A stretch of DNA of 64,000 nucleotides from Magallana gigas (GCF_963853765.1 NC_088857.1:7998001-8062000); one strand, 5' to 3'; shown: positions 40,300 to 53,499, numbered from the stretch's first letter. A program made the numbers and translations. The notes: generated from the sequence alone by a model not told the origin.

Positions 40300-40560
40300 A
40301 GTGCGTAAGTATGTACGCCTGTGTTGTAACAATACCATATCATGCAGTAAGAAAGCGTCATATTGACGCCAGTGGTGTCACAATACCATATCATGCAGTA
40401 AGAAAGCGTCATATTGACGCCAGGGGTGTCACAATACCATATTATGCAGTAAGAAAGCGTCAAATTGACGCTGGTGGTATCACAATATTATATAATTCAG
40501 TACGAAATCGTCAAATTGACGCCGGTAGTGTCGCAACACTATATCAGTTAACAAAAACGT
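40300..40560. repeat. 51-bp tandem array, left part
   Basis: AATACCAT.T.ATGCAGTAAGAAAGCGTCA at 40331, 40382 and 40433. Confidence 0.9.
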
Positions 40561-40599
40561 GTTATGTTGTCGCTGGTTGTGTTACTATTACTTATTATT

Positions 40600-40672
40600 T
40601 TAGTTACTGACTCACTACGGAAATATATTGGGTTGATCAATCTCAAAGATGGCGAGGCGAAGCCGAGCCTTT

Positions 40673-40703
<31 letters not shown>

Positions 40704-40720
40704 AGTGAGTCAGTAACTAA
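40600..40720. repeat. Perfect 46-bp inverted repeat with a 29-nt spacer
   Basis: 40600-40645 is the exact reverse complement of 40675-40720. Confidence 0.95.
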
Positions 40721-40729
40721 CCTAATAAG

Positions 40730-41280
40730 TGTTTTGTTTTCTCGAGGACTTTCAAGCGACATATTTATTCACGAATAGCGATGATCTACGCAAAGCCATG
40801 TACAAGATGTCTTACATCTCGTCCAATTTAACTCATTTAAACTCTTTAAAATTTTCAATCTCACCTTACAAATACTCTTTCAAAATCTTTGCTTCACCCA
40901 TGTTTACTTACAATGTTTTGTTGCTATTCAATTTTAAATGTTTTCTCCCTTTCCTCTGCAGAGATTCGAGCAAATTTCGACGCTGCCAGTTTGTTCTGCT
41001 CCAGACAAAACAATGTGACGTCAATATTCTAAGGGCAACTACTCTAATTTTAAAGAATTTCAAAGGGCAACTACTCCAAATACTTTAAGAACTTACGGCA
41101 TGCAGTTTATGTATAAAATACTATGAAATGTCGAAATGCGTAAGCGAAGCGTCGACCAATGACGGCCATATTGCCTAATATTATTTCTCACAGAACAAAT
41201 ATAGAGATATATGAGGCAATCACGTGCTATGTTTAAACGAATGAAAATGTGACATTTCAGTCCAAGGGAAAACAAAATAC
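40730..41280. mobile_element. Insertion with imperfect inverted ends interrupting the 51-bp array
   Basis: GTTTTGTTTTCTCGAGGACT against AGTCCAAGGGAAAACAAAAT; non-repetitive interior; the array resumes at about 41285. Confidence 0.5.
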
Positions 41281-41284
41281 AATA

Positions 41285-41830
41285 TCTTTCAGTAAGAAGG
41301 CGTCAAATTGACTCCGGTGGTGTCATAATACTATATCAATGCAGTAAGAAAATGTTCTGTTGACGCTTGTGTTGTCACAATACCATATCATGCAGTAAGA
41401 AAGCGTCATATTGACGCCATGCAGTAAGAAAGCGTCAAATTGACGCTGGTGGTGTCACAATATTGTATCATTGGAGTAAGAAAGAGTTATCTTGACGCTC
41501 ATACTGTCATAATACAACATCATGCAGTAAGAAATCGTCATATTGATGCCAGTGGTGTCATAATACCATATCATGCAGCACGAAAGCGTCCAATTGACGC
41601 CGGTGGTGTCACAATGCTATATCGTCGAAGTAAGAAAGTGTTATCTTGACGCTGGTGGTGTCACAATACCATATCATGCAGTGCGAAAGCATCCAATTGA
41701 CGCCAGTCACAATACTATATAACTGAAGTGAGTAAGGGTCATAATGACGTCGATGGTATAACAATACTTTATTACTTTCAGTAAGAAGGTATCATATTGA
41801 CGCCGGTGGTTCCCAATACAAGATTAAAAC
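41285..41830. repeat. 51-bp tandem array, right part (more diverged)
   Basis: Same unit (CAGTAAGAAAGCGTCA.ATTGACGC..GTGGTGTCACAATA) continues. Confidence 0.85.
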
Positions 41831-43319
41831 AAGGTGTCAGACACTATCATTACAAGATATATCAAATAAATAAGAATGTTTTATTTGCTATCTGTCAGAC
41901 CACGATACTACATGTATACCACGCTATTATAAACTATATGAAAGAAGTGAGAATGACGACTATTGCACATGGAACTAAAACAAAAACTATATCATGATAT
42001 CACTAAACATAATTTCGTCAAGTAAAAAATAACAATGCGTTTATTCATCTGTGAAACAATCTACTCAATACTGAATACTAGATTTTCTTGGTTATCACTG
42101 CTAGACCTAAAATCAAAGTACTGAAAGTACTGTTAGACGGTGGCGTCGTTTGAAAGTGGCATATTACATGTAACAATGAGTGATGTACATCGTATGATAA
42201 TTATTTTTGTCGAAAACCGCGGCCAGTATCGCATACATGTACTAATACTTAACGCTTACTCGCACAACTGGTCGTGAGTTTCCTACATGGATAATTCTGT
42301 GGAAATCGTAGCTGTGATCTCACTCTACACTTGACAAATGCTGTGTCTCTTGGTCGTCATCTTTTGGGAAAACCCCAAAGATTTATCACAGTAGTCTTTG
42401 TCGTATAGAAGATTGTATCTTTATTTTGTATCAATATGTTGGTATCTATATCAGTTGACATTAAAACCCCGTTTGAATGGTTGCCACCACATATTGAATG
42501 AATAAATCAAATCCAAAGCGATTTCATCACAGTACACCCAAATATTTGATTGTTTGGAGGGGAATTTTGGTTTTTTTCCCTTTTGACCTTTGGGTTGACC
42601 CCGCAAAGGGGAAAAACTTTTGAAAAGTGTGGATTGGACTATTGTGCTTTAAATATATTGTAGATTTCTCAAAGTAACAAGAACAAATAAAGCTTTGGTA
42701 TGATAAAATACTTATTTTTACTAACTTTTTGGGGATATATATAGTATGTTAATTGTCCCTCTCGACAGCATTTTCCCTCATTTTCTTCACGGGGAGAAAG
42801 TTGCAGTCTTGTGGATCATCACATTTGCTTTTTTTCCTCATAGTCAGTTAATACATTTAGGTGTAAAGAAAACGGAATGGGTTTACAAGAACCTGTTTGA
42901 TGAAACTGGTATTGCTTTTGGAATGCACGTCATCATGAAACAGAAGAGTAAATCAATATTTTATCTTCGACTTTAGTGGATTATTTCCATTTGCTCACAA
43001 CGAAAGTGAATGAAAATTTAAAAAAAATATCATACAACATTCGGTCGCGGAAGTTTCATTAATCAACGTTTTAAACATGTTTTCTATTGTATTTAGCTAT
43101 AGATTTATTCAAATCATTTGAATGAATTCGGGAAAGTCACATGTATATTTTATCGCTTCTCAGTACACTTTAACACGCATAAATTACTTGCTACATTAAA
43201 CTTTTCTAGTAAACTTACAACAAATATTAATCAATTATACAAAATAAGTTTTTAAAAACACCAAACAAACAAAATTCAAGCTGAACGCACGTTTTTCTGA
43301 CCGTACAGCTGTGTATATA

Positions 43320-44057
43320 AAGAATATGGGGGGATAAGATGGCGCAACTGCCCTTTTGGTTTAGTCGTAAAATACAATTTCAAATTTAGCATTTTTTCAA
43401 ATAAATATATTTGATATGTTATTATACAAGTTTACAAAATGGTAATTTTTAACTCTTATTCAGTTTCAAATATTTCAAAAAGATAAGAAAAAAATAATAA
43501 ATCTTTAAGTTTTGGTGGTATCGAACCCACAACCTAAAAATCCAAGTTCTATAAAGTTTCCTAATGGCTGGTGCTCTAACCACTGAGCCATTTCATTCAC
43601 AACACAAGTGCGTTGTTTAAATGCTATATGAGACTATGACCACGGATTTACGGACTTGTATTATATTTCTAAAACGTTAAATTGTTGAGCTACAAAATGA
43701 CATTTTTGAACTGTAGTGGGTCATCTCTTCACATTTTTATTGAGTTCAATCGGTTTAAATTCCATTAAACCACATTTAGACATTAAAAATAAATTTTTGA
43801 GCTCAGACCCACTCTATGAAAGAAAATGCATTGAAGTTATAAGAATATAAAAAAAAGTTTTGACACGCATACGCCAGTTTAAATCAATATATTGCAAGTA
43901 TTTAAAATATTTAAAGATTACAACCCGATGTTACGTTAAATATACATTGTTTTTAATTATTTTTTTTTAAAGTATCAGATTTAATAATATTTTAATTTTG
44001 CCGTATCTAATCATTCCTCATATGGGCATTTTACACGCCTTATTCACCCATCTTCTT
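43320..44057. mobile_element. ~740-bp nested insertion with ~34-bp degenerate TIRs
   Basis: Absent from copy 1, where the flanks GTGTATATA and ATTTTATTCTTTGCA are nearly adjacent. Left end AAGAATATGGGGGGATAAGATGGCGCAACTGCCC; reverse complement of the right end AAGAAGATGGGTGAATAAGGCGTGTAAAATGCCC. Confidence 0.75.
43514..43593 (-). other. tRNA-derived remnant with Pol III A and B boxes (not a functional tRNA)
   Basis: Minus strand A-box TGGCTCAGTGG and B-box GGTTCGATACC. No acceptor-stem pairing seen. Confidence 0.6.
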
Positions 44058-45475
44058 TGATTTTATTCTTTGCAAGTACTAGACAATAGATCTAGGGTTC
44101 GCAAATCCCGGCAATATTTTCGGAAAGCTATATTTCTGTAGCTCAGCAGAATTCTAGAGTCATCTATGAAGCATATTTTTTTGCCTTCATGTTTCATTAT
44201 TTATCGCAAATATAGCATGGATGTATACGCTACGGCCGATGTAGCATTGCGTTAAGTGATGGCACTTTCTAACCGGTGTGTATTTCAATTGTGAGTCGCA
44301 ACAAACTGGCGCATTTATATATGCCCGCCTATTTGTAAATGCATGTTGACAAAATGCTGCTTACACTTGGAGACAAATGTCGAAGAAAGTTCATAATAGA
44401 GTTGTATTCGCGAGTTAAAAAATATTTGAGAACAAACGGGGCGATGTTTACGTAATTATGTAAATAATGTTATCTGTTAGTGAAAAAATGCCCCCAAACC
44501 AAAGAAAAGATTTTCTAATACATTTAGCAGGGACGGGCGCATATGAATTAATGTCATTATTTGTACCTCGCTCATCGAATTGCGTTATTCAGTTCATTGT
44601 AAAAAAATTCGACAGAAACTGTTTAGTTAACAAAATTATTATATCTTACATTACCGTTCACAATGTACCATAAATGTATATGGAATATCGCATGTTTTTT
44701 CTCACAAAAAAGCTAGCGTTTGCTGCAAATAAGAGATACACGAGCTGACACGCCGTAAAATCCATAAGACGTTTTACAGCATATGTAAAAAAAATCTGAA
44801 CAAAAAATCTTTGAAACATCGTAAAATGTAGTTTATAAACATTTAAAATGGCGACTCAATTTGCACGTGAATTTTACAATCCGACGTCGATTAGCATGTT
44901 TGAGAGAAAGTCAGCAGCAAGTAAAGCGTCAACATCTGCAGTAAATATTGTCTGATGAATATTGAGGTGCCTGTAATAAAATTAATGTTTCTACAGACTG
45001 AGTGAGGTACAAAATAAGGTACATTGTAAATCACAGGTCAGTCGAAAATTTAACACATTTGTATCTAAATTTAAAGTTTTTTGTGTGTTTGAAAACACAT
45101 GCACACTTGTAGAAGAAACTGTGCCATTGATCGGTTGAAGTTCAATAAAATGTAATTTATGTAATATTCATTGTCAGTATCTGTTGTGAAATCTTTGGAA
45201 TAAGGTACAACAACAAAAATATGCTGCTCAGCTAAAACTAATGCGTTGAAAATGGCTGAATTTATCGATGAAGCATAATTGCTGAAATATGAAATGGCAA
45301 ACCAGTTTAAAAAGTGTGTTTCTGACAATTATTTATATCATAAAAAAACAAGAAGCAATTATTGTGAGATCTCTTGACCAATTATCGCAGTGATATAGTT
45401 TATGTAGTCCTGATAAAGAGTTAAACGTCAAAACTGTCAGTTGGTGCTTATATTATTAATACCGCGTAAGCAGAT

Positions 45476-46017
45476 AGGGTAACGGCTCATTTAAAATAAA
45501 ACACAATTTCATTCATTATTTAAATGTATGTACAAAATACTTAGCAGCTATAATGCTTAAAATATCTGATAAGATTAAAATTAGTTCTCATACTGAAATC
45601 GACACGTAGATAAAACATTGTCTGTATAACACTGCATACATGTACCTAACAGAGTTATCGTTCGTTATCCGCTAGGGTCCCCGTGAGAAATACTCTTCCG
45701 GTCAGGACCGTAGCAATAGACCGTGGCTATTTATAGCCACCGTCTAAGGGTAACGGCTCATTTAAAATAAAACACAATTTCATTCATTATTTAAATGTAT
45801 GTACAAAATACTTAGCAGCTATAATGCTTAAAATATCTGATAAGATTAAAATTAGTTCTCATACTGAAATCGACACGTAGATAAAACATTGTCTGTATAA
45901 CACTGCATACATGTACCTAACAGAGTTATCGTTCGTTATCCGCTAGGGTCCCCGTGAGAAATACTCTTCCGGTCAGGACCGTAGCAATAGACCGTGGCTA
46001 TTTATAGCCACCGTCTA
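45476..46017. repeat. 271-bp tandem duplication of the hairpin-bearing end of repeat copy 2
   Basis: 45476-45746 and 45747-46017 appear identical by eye. Confidence 0.9.
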
Positions 46018-48970
46018 ATAAATTCAAGTAGAAGTGGTTTTATAGATACATCGAATGTTCATAAATGTACATGTATTATACTGAGATCAATGAAGCTGAT
46101 TATTTATTTAAAAACTTGGGTTGAAATCATTTGTGTGATAAATATAGAATGAAATGTGTTGAAATCAAGTGAATGTGGTACTCCTGTGCCTCTAGCTGTT
46201 CATATCGTTCAGTAATATACCACTACCATTTATAAGGGAACTTTAGCTCAAGCTTCAAGTTACGCTCGTTGAAAGTTTCATTCTACCAATGTTCATTTAT
46301 TCAGCCATCTGTAAACAAGCATATGATGACAAAATCCAAACGGGATTTGTTTGAGTTTGTTGAGACTTCAAAGAACGACATCTTATGAATATTTGCATTG
46401 CGAAACCATTGAATAGCGTCGCGTCATGTGATATTCCAGGTCAGAAAACCTTCAGTTTTCAATAAGACTGATTGGTATTTATCACCTGAAAAGACCGGAA
46501 ATATGTGACTAGCCAACATGACAATTGTTGAGCCAGGGCCACCTGTAATTACTTTGCGAACTTATTTTCACATAGTTTCGGGTAAGTAAGAATTTTGTTA
46601 AACTAAATTCAGAGGTATTTATACTGATAAGTTATGTAATTTTTTGACTGATCATTTTTTTTTTCACTTTTAATGCCAGTCAAATTAGCTTTTGTCAAGC
46701 AAAGACCTTGTATACAAAAGAATCGGTTCGACGATGACAGCAAAACGTGTTCAAATCAATATCTAGACTGTAAGATACGGGCTATTTTGTGGCGATAAAT
46801 ACCCTATAGACTCCTACCAGGGGTTGGTCTGTCGGTGCGTTTTCTGTTTCTTTGAATTGCGCAGTTTCATTAAAACATTGCTATCACAACAGGAGACTGA
46901 CAATAGAGGAATAACGTGAGGTAAGTGATAGATGTTATCTCTGTCCCATGCATCACCAGCTTGGTTCAATCCTGGTAGTCCTGGGATATATTTTATCGTT
47001 TTCGTAGATTAAAATTCTGCATAATGAAAAATGCGTTCTTCTTATACTTACTTTCATCGGGTTTTATGAAGTTTGGGGCGCGTTTTCTTTGCTATTTTCG
47101 GGTTTCTTGTTGTTGTTGATGTTGTTTATTCAGTATTGATCCTCAGATTTAAAGCCAGCTTCTCTGAACTCGCTGCTGTGGTACATTTCCGTTATAAAAC
47201 TTGTGTCAACAAACAACATACGCCGTTAGCAAATGTCATCGATAAAACCCATAGTCCCAAGATTCTGAGCGGTAATTTTCGCAAAATATGTTGTAAATCA
47301 ACAAACAAGATTGATAACAGAAGATTGATGATTGCTCATCAAACATCGTTTCACTCCTCCGAAAGTAAATATTTTCTTGACTAATTTATTAAAAATAAGA
47401 TAAAAGGATAATTTAGGATTGATGCGGTCGTAACAAATCGCCTTTAATATTATTTACTTAACACACATATGAAAATTATATAAACATCAACAAAATGACT
47501 ATTTTCATATGAATCCTATCTAAAAAATACATGCATGAAATACCGCAATACTCAAGCAGTCTTGAGCTCGGGAAAACGAAAGAGGGTGTTGAAAAAAGCA
47601 AAAATATTCTCTAACGTGGAAAGGACTTTTGAATATCCGTATCGCTTGAAGAGTCATATCTAAATATAGACACATAACGCAGACGACTCTATTTACATAG
47701 CGGGTATATTCCGTATGTAGGCAAAATACATGCACAACATTTTTGCCGCATTTTTATAGAACACGGCGACCAACATATGATTTCCATAAACACGGTTAGG
47801 AAGATGGCCATATAGTATGTATTTTGATGTTAACATAATTATATCAATTTGTTTTCTATTGCCTAGCGTACTTAAAATGTCATTCGTTGGAGCTACATGA
47901 ATAAATCTGATTCTTGTTCTTCAAAACCATCAGATTTGTAATTATAATCATCGTATATTTCCTATTGCTTCGAATCACCGATTTATCTTTTATTAAAAGA
48001 TTTTTTTTTTTTTTTTTTTGCTTTTTACAATATGTACATGTCTCTTTAACAACGGCATATCCTCTTATTTCATTATAAAGGGGAAAAACAACTTTTTACA
48101 TTGATGCATACATTGTTTAGAAATCCCTTGTTTAGAATAAAATGTTTAAAATTTAAGTTCATACATGTAACGACATACAAGTAATGTTGAAAAAAAATAG
48201 CACCCATACAAAATATTACATTGAGAAGCGTTTAAATAACTTTATTCTGATATTCTTAAATCATCAATAAACATTAACTTTTCATACGATTAAAAGAAAT
48301 TTGTATTATAAAAAGTTCAAACTTTTCGGGACTCGAATTTAATATTTTTTTTAAAAAAGTCGGCCACGATTATAACTTAATCGGACTGCGTAACCATCGA
48401 CAAACCATACTCTTAATTTATTTTGGCGTAATAAAACAGTGGGCTCTTAAATTCAAAAGTATAATTGGTTTTTTTTCCAAAAGTTAGATTTTAAAAAAAA
48501 ATATGCCTATTTGAAACACAAATCGCAAATGTAAATTTTCAAGAATTGTCTGACTCTCAACGATTTAATTTATTTTGTTTCAAGGAGGCAGTCTTTCACA
48601 ACGATGAGTATTTCCCCTTTTATATAGCGTGAAATCTGTCACATTTGTCTGTGGTACCATTTTCAAATCTATTTCATGGTCTTATAAAAGTTTTTACGAA
48701 CTTTCCAGATATAATTCTACAATACTTATATACAAAAAAAAGTTTACGTCGAATTCTTTAACTTTGATTTTTCCATTTTATCTGCAACTTCTTTGGGGAA
48801 AAATACTATAAGAACTCAACACCTTCTTTTACGGAAATTATCGAAAACTAACGAAGTTAAAACGTACATAAATAAATTCAATTTCAAACTAATTAGCCTT
48901 GTGCAAGTTTTTTTTTTTTAATTCTGTAAACTACCCTGCTATAGTACTTGACTCTGTGCCAACTTGAATT

Positions 48971-49116
48971 NNNNNNNNNNNNNNNNNNNNNNNNNNNNNN
49001 NNNNNNNNNNNNNNNNNNNNNNNNNNNNNNNNNNNNNNNNNNNNNNNNNNNNNNNNNNNNNNNNNNNNNNNNNNNNNNNNNNNNNNNNNNNNNNNNNNNN
49101 NNNNNNNNNNNNNNNN
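48971..49116. other. Assembly gap (146 N)
   Basis: N run. Confidence 1.
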
Positions 49117-49327
49117 GATAACATTGCGAATCAATTTCGAAGCCTATAGCCCAATAATTTCATAAAAGATGAGCGACCCGAAATGTTGATGTCTTATAGC
49201 ATAACCGAAAAACGGTCTTGGCTGCGCTGCGTAGTAATACATACATGTAGCACATGCTACATGAAAAAAAAATAGTGGTTTTAAAATGTTGTATTAAGGT
49301 AAAAAAAAAATAATAATAATATAAATA

Positions 49328-49484
49328 TAAGGATGAAGGAATCATTCTTATTTTATGAGGTGATAATTTTGGTCGGAGCGTGGTCAAATCTACATGTATC
49401 ATAAAGCCGGGCTTTATTGGATTTAGCCACGCCCCGACCAAATTATTACCTCATAATATTCAAAGAATGATTCCTTATTCCTTA
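49328..49484. mobile_element. 157-bp MITE with long imperfect inverted arms
   Basis: AAGGAATCATTCTTATTTTATGAGGTGATAATTTTGGTCGGAGCGTGGTCAAATC pairs with GATTTAGCCACGCCCCGACCAAATTATTACCTCATAATATTCAAAGAATGATTCCTT. Confidence 0.8.
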
Positions 49485-51645
49485 AAGAACTTGAAACGTT
49501 TTGCTGGATATAGAAAAAGTCATAGTTACCCTCTTTACAGTATCCATTCAGGTGAAAATATCAATTTACATTACAAAAGTTAATTGCTGTGATTGTTGTT
49601 TAAAACTTTTCTTCTCTGGTCGTCGCTTGTCGAAGGGGGAACGATACTTACTTTACAACGCTGATGTGTTGATGATTTTGTTAAGGGAGGAGGGGGATGT
49701 CCAAATAATCCAACTATAATTGGGATACATCGCGTAAAGTAGTTATATATTTGCTTATCTTATCTGAAACAGAACACTCAATACTACTTTCCAGATAGTG
49801 CTGTCTTACTTTGCATGCTCATCGAACATCGTGTGTAACAAAACGTCGTTTTTATAAGTTTCCAAAAAGAACACTCCGTTTTCTATGGTCCATGCTGTCC
49901 CTGCACTATCTACTACAGCGTGTGGTTTGCACATTTGCAAAGTTATAACAGTTTGACACAGAAAACGTTCTACAATGATCAAGGTTTTTTTTTAAATACA
50001 GGCATGTGTGTCTGGATTTCAGTCTGTTTTGTTTTTGACTTTCCTTGAATATTTTGCTCAAAATGAGATTCTACAAATCTTTCCGTCCAATGCAAACTGT
50101 TCAGGTGAATGAAATACCTGAATGCGGTGAAGCATAAATAGTGGTCTCGGCCATATATAGGGGGTGTACAACTCCTAGGGATGACCGTAACAATAGAAAT
50201 CAACTAATATATAGTGATGATCAGAGATTAAAGGGAAATAATGCGGATTTATGAATTCTTGTCACCTTTAAGAAAATAATATGTAAGCTACCAAATACCT
50301 TGGCATTAACTTCTATTGTAATTTCTTTTAAAGGGAAAAAGTAGTTAAGAGAGCTCATGGCAATTGTTAACACGGCGTTCATTCCATTACTGGGCATTTA
50401 AAGAGAAATGTTTTGCAATACTTAGATTTCGCAGTTGAATGATTCGTGGTTTTGGGTGGAAGAGAGTTGGTAAGTTGTTTTAAATTGTTCGATATGAGTT
50501 TCGTCTAAGCATAATTTCTACTTTAAGTTTCAGTTTCACCAAAACGAAATTTGATAAGATAATTATGATCATATTTACGTTCATAATTATATTCGATATA
50601 TCTCTGCAAGACTAGATTTAGCGAAATCAATATTCCTTTTAATCCTTTGGCAACTGAAAAACACGTCAATGCACTTTTATTTTTTGAACTATTAATAATG
50701 TTTAAACATTCTATTTATTGCACACTTTAATGTATTCATTATATCACTTGTAGCTTATTTGTGTCATTATTGGGTTTTTGGTCGATAATTAATCACACTC
50801 ACTAGAAATGTATTTCGAAGGTTTATCATCACAAACGATTGGAAAGCATTACTCAACAAGTGTCAGCACGATTCGCTAAGTAACTATATGTAAGGTAATT
50901 AAATCGGAATCGCTGATTAGATATTGAACTTTTCAAATATAAAATTGGTCAACAGCAAACAGCATGGGGTGAATTCCTACAGGCCTTTCAGTAATGATCC
51001 TCCATTATTTTAATTTTTGCAGTTGTTACTGGTTGGTATCATGCTGATATTGGGCGTTGACAAACGTTCTATATTCTCCCTTTTTTTCGGTAAACAAAAT
51101 AGACACGTGAGCCGTCTATTTAAATTTCAGTACAAGCTTACACGGCCGCAAAACAAATTGCGCAACGTTTCTCATTCAAACAACCCAAGCTGTTAGGGTC
51201 AGTGCTAATTTTGGTTCAAGAAGACACGATTTGGGGATTCCGTTAGTGCATTTATACGGGTCGATTTCTCTCATCTTGGTGAGAGACAATAAACCGCCAA
51301 TATCTTGCACGTTAGTAAATATAATACTTAACAATGAACTGCTTGAGTGTTTATATATGAACAGATAGTTATAAAACCGCGTGTGTACAACTCAAAACTC
51401 TTTGTTATTCTCGAAGGGGGGGGGGGTAAAAAGTAAAATAACTTTGTTATAAAGGTCTGTAGTAATAGAATTTCAAAGAGTTAAGTGAATCATTTTGGGG
51501 AAAAACTAAAACAAATCAATAATTTGATGATGACAATATATGTTGCTTTACGTACCTTTACACTTAAACATGTAAGAGAGAATTCGACCCGAACAATTTT
51601 CTATTCTAACAAATATTTTATCCTTTTCAGATATCAGATTACAAA

Positions 51646-53499
51646 ATGAATATTCGGCATCAACGATGGAGACAAAATACATATAGAGTTTTATACAAAC
51701 TCCTTAACAGTAGAGCGATTATAACAATATGTTTCGCATTTGTCATGACAAGTTTTTTGTACCTGTACACTCAAGATCTTCAAGTACGGTATGAGGTTCG
51801 AGGATATCGGCCCCATGTGTTCACATTCGATCAACGACACCCCGTAAATAGGACAGAGAGGCGTATCTTGCTGTGGACAAGATTTCATTTCGATATCGAC
51901 TGGGTGAAACATGTTAGAAACATCCTCAACACATCATGCAGCTGTAAGTGTACTGTCACTACCGACAGGTCCGCCATACAGGATGTAGATGCGGTGGTGT
52001 TCCATCTTTTAGATATGTACATCTGGGAGTCCCCTCCCACCTATCGGGCGCCCCATCAGGTGTGGGTCGTGTATTCTGCAGAACCTCCCCCGCATGTCTA
52101 TTACACGGGGAGAAGTTTCATATATCCTCAATATATTTTCAATTGGACATTGTCCTTTCGAAAGGACGCAACCGTATTCGCCCCTTACGGTCACGCCGAG
52201 CCGTTACAGGGGAAGGCCTTGGAAACGAAACGGAGGTCGGTCAATCTCAATTATGCGGAAGGTAAAACAAAAATGACGTATGCAATCATTAGTAATTGTG
52301 TTGATGACGCCGGGAGGTATAGTTACATTAAAAAATTGAGACATTTTACCCCAATAGACTTGTATGGTCGCTGCGGAAACCTGACTTGTCCAAGAAACAG
52401 TTCTTGTTCTCAAATGCTAAAGCCATACAAGTTTGCAATCACTTTTGAAAATAGCAACTGTAAAGGTTACATTTCGGAGAAGTTTTGGAACGGTTTAGTA
52501 CGGGGGAGTATACCAATAGTCAACTGGATTCCGGAACAAGTTCCGGACGACGCCCCGCCAAAATCTTACATCAATGTACACGATTTCAAAAGTATGAGTG
52601 ACTTAGCAAAGTACTTGGATTACTTGGACAAGAACGACACCGAATACAACAGTTATTTTGACTGGCATAAAACGCACCATATCGTCCACGGATTCACCAT
52701 GTGGAATCAGTTCTGTTATTTATGCAAAGCTTTGCACAATCAATCAATACCTGCCCAAGTTGTTGACTACCCGGCCTGGTATGCAGACGACACTTGTCGG
52801 CAATGGACAGTAAGTTTTGCCCATATTTTGCCGATTACTTCTCTTTAAAATCCTTGAATTTGTGTTCCAGATTACTGACCTTCATATATGTACATTTTGT
52901 ATACAGTTTATAATTTTCTGCATTAGTCACGACAGTATTTGCATATAGTTGATTATTCTTGACTATAAATAACCAGTCTATCGCTGTACTGCATTAGTTC
53001 TAAGTTAGATGTTCTTTACTGTCATCTTTCTTGGTTTGAACTCATTTGTCTCTATGGCGATTTACAAATAGTTTGATCGCAAATTTTAACGAATAACTAG
53101 CATCTCATTTTGAATAATAACAACTGCGATTGTACCAATATCGAAATTTCAGTCGCCCTTGTAAGTCTGCAGTTGCTTATTCTGTACTATAGTAACTCTT
53201 ATTTGTCCACAATAGTTTTCTTCCTTGAATATCTAAAGTTATCTGTGCCTCGTTCATTACAACGAAATTGAATTAGCTGATTCCTGTATTCATTTCACAC
53301 TAACACACATAATTTTACGTTTTGTTAGTTTCGCCTAGAAAAAATTTAATTTCTCAACAATTAAGTTACCAAATGAAATTACTCGTCTGAAACAAGATGT
53401 AGCAACATATGGTAGTTTTAGGCAAATATTCAATTAACGTTTTTCTTCTTTCAGATTCTCAGCATGATAACAAGAAGAATAAAGAACTATTTTTTGTGA
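51646..53499 (+). CDS. Alpha-1,3/4-fucosyltransferase (GT10 family), paralog A, 2 coding exons, 402 aa
   Basis: Exons 51646-52809 and 53455-53499. Type II TM (AIITICFAFVMTSFLYLY), ILLWT, DAVVFH, E(P)PP, FNWTLSFRKDA, and the GT10 motif YKFAITFENSNCKGYISEKFWNGL. Donor GTAAGT at 52810; acceptor TTTCAG before 53455. An acceptor at 51630 implies an upstream non-coding exon. Confidence 0.93.

Larger units (their letters stand above)
42479..46017. mobile_element. Interspersed repeat copy 2, inverted relative to 18751-21329, with a nested insertion and a duplicated terminus
   Basis: Reverse-complement anchors throughout: 42481-42660 with 21141-21316; 44941-44994 with 19501-19555; 45651-45746 with 18751-18850. 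Confidence 0.85.

Noticed and set aside
43514-43593. Functional intron-containing tRNA gene
   Set aside because: A and B boxes are present, but there is no acceptor stem or convincing anticodon arm.
48931-49149. ORFs spanning the N-gap (also at 57986-58390)
   Set aside because: They are artefacts of N runs lacking stop codons.
51691-52413. Overlapping and antisense ORFs inside the fucosyltransferases (also at 60930-62154)
   Set aside because: They are short shadow frames of real coding sequence with no recognisable motifs.
52810-52848. VSFAHILPITSL* (and VRLCFL* at 61985-62005) as the true C-termini
   Set aside because: Both begin at consensus donors, are unrelated to each other, and conserved downstream exons exist.
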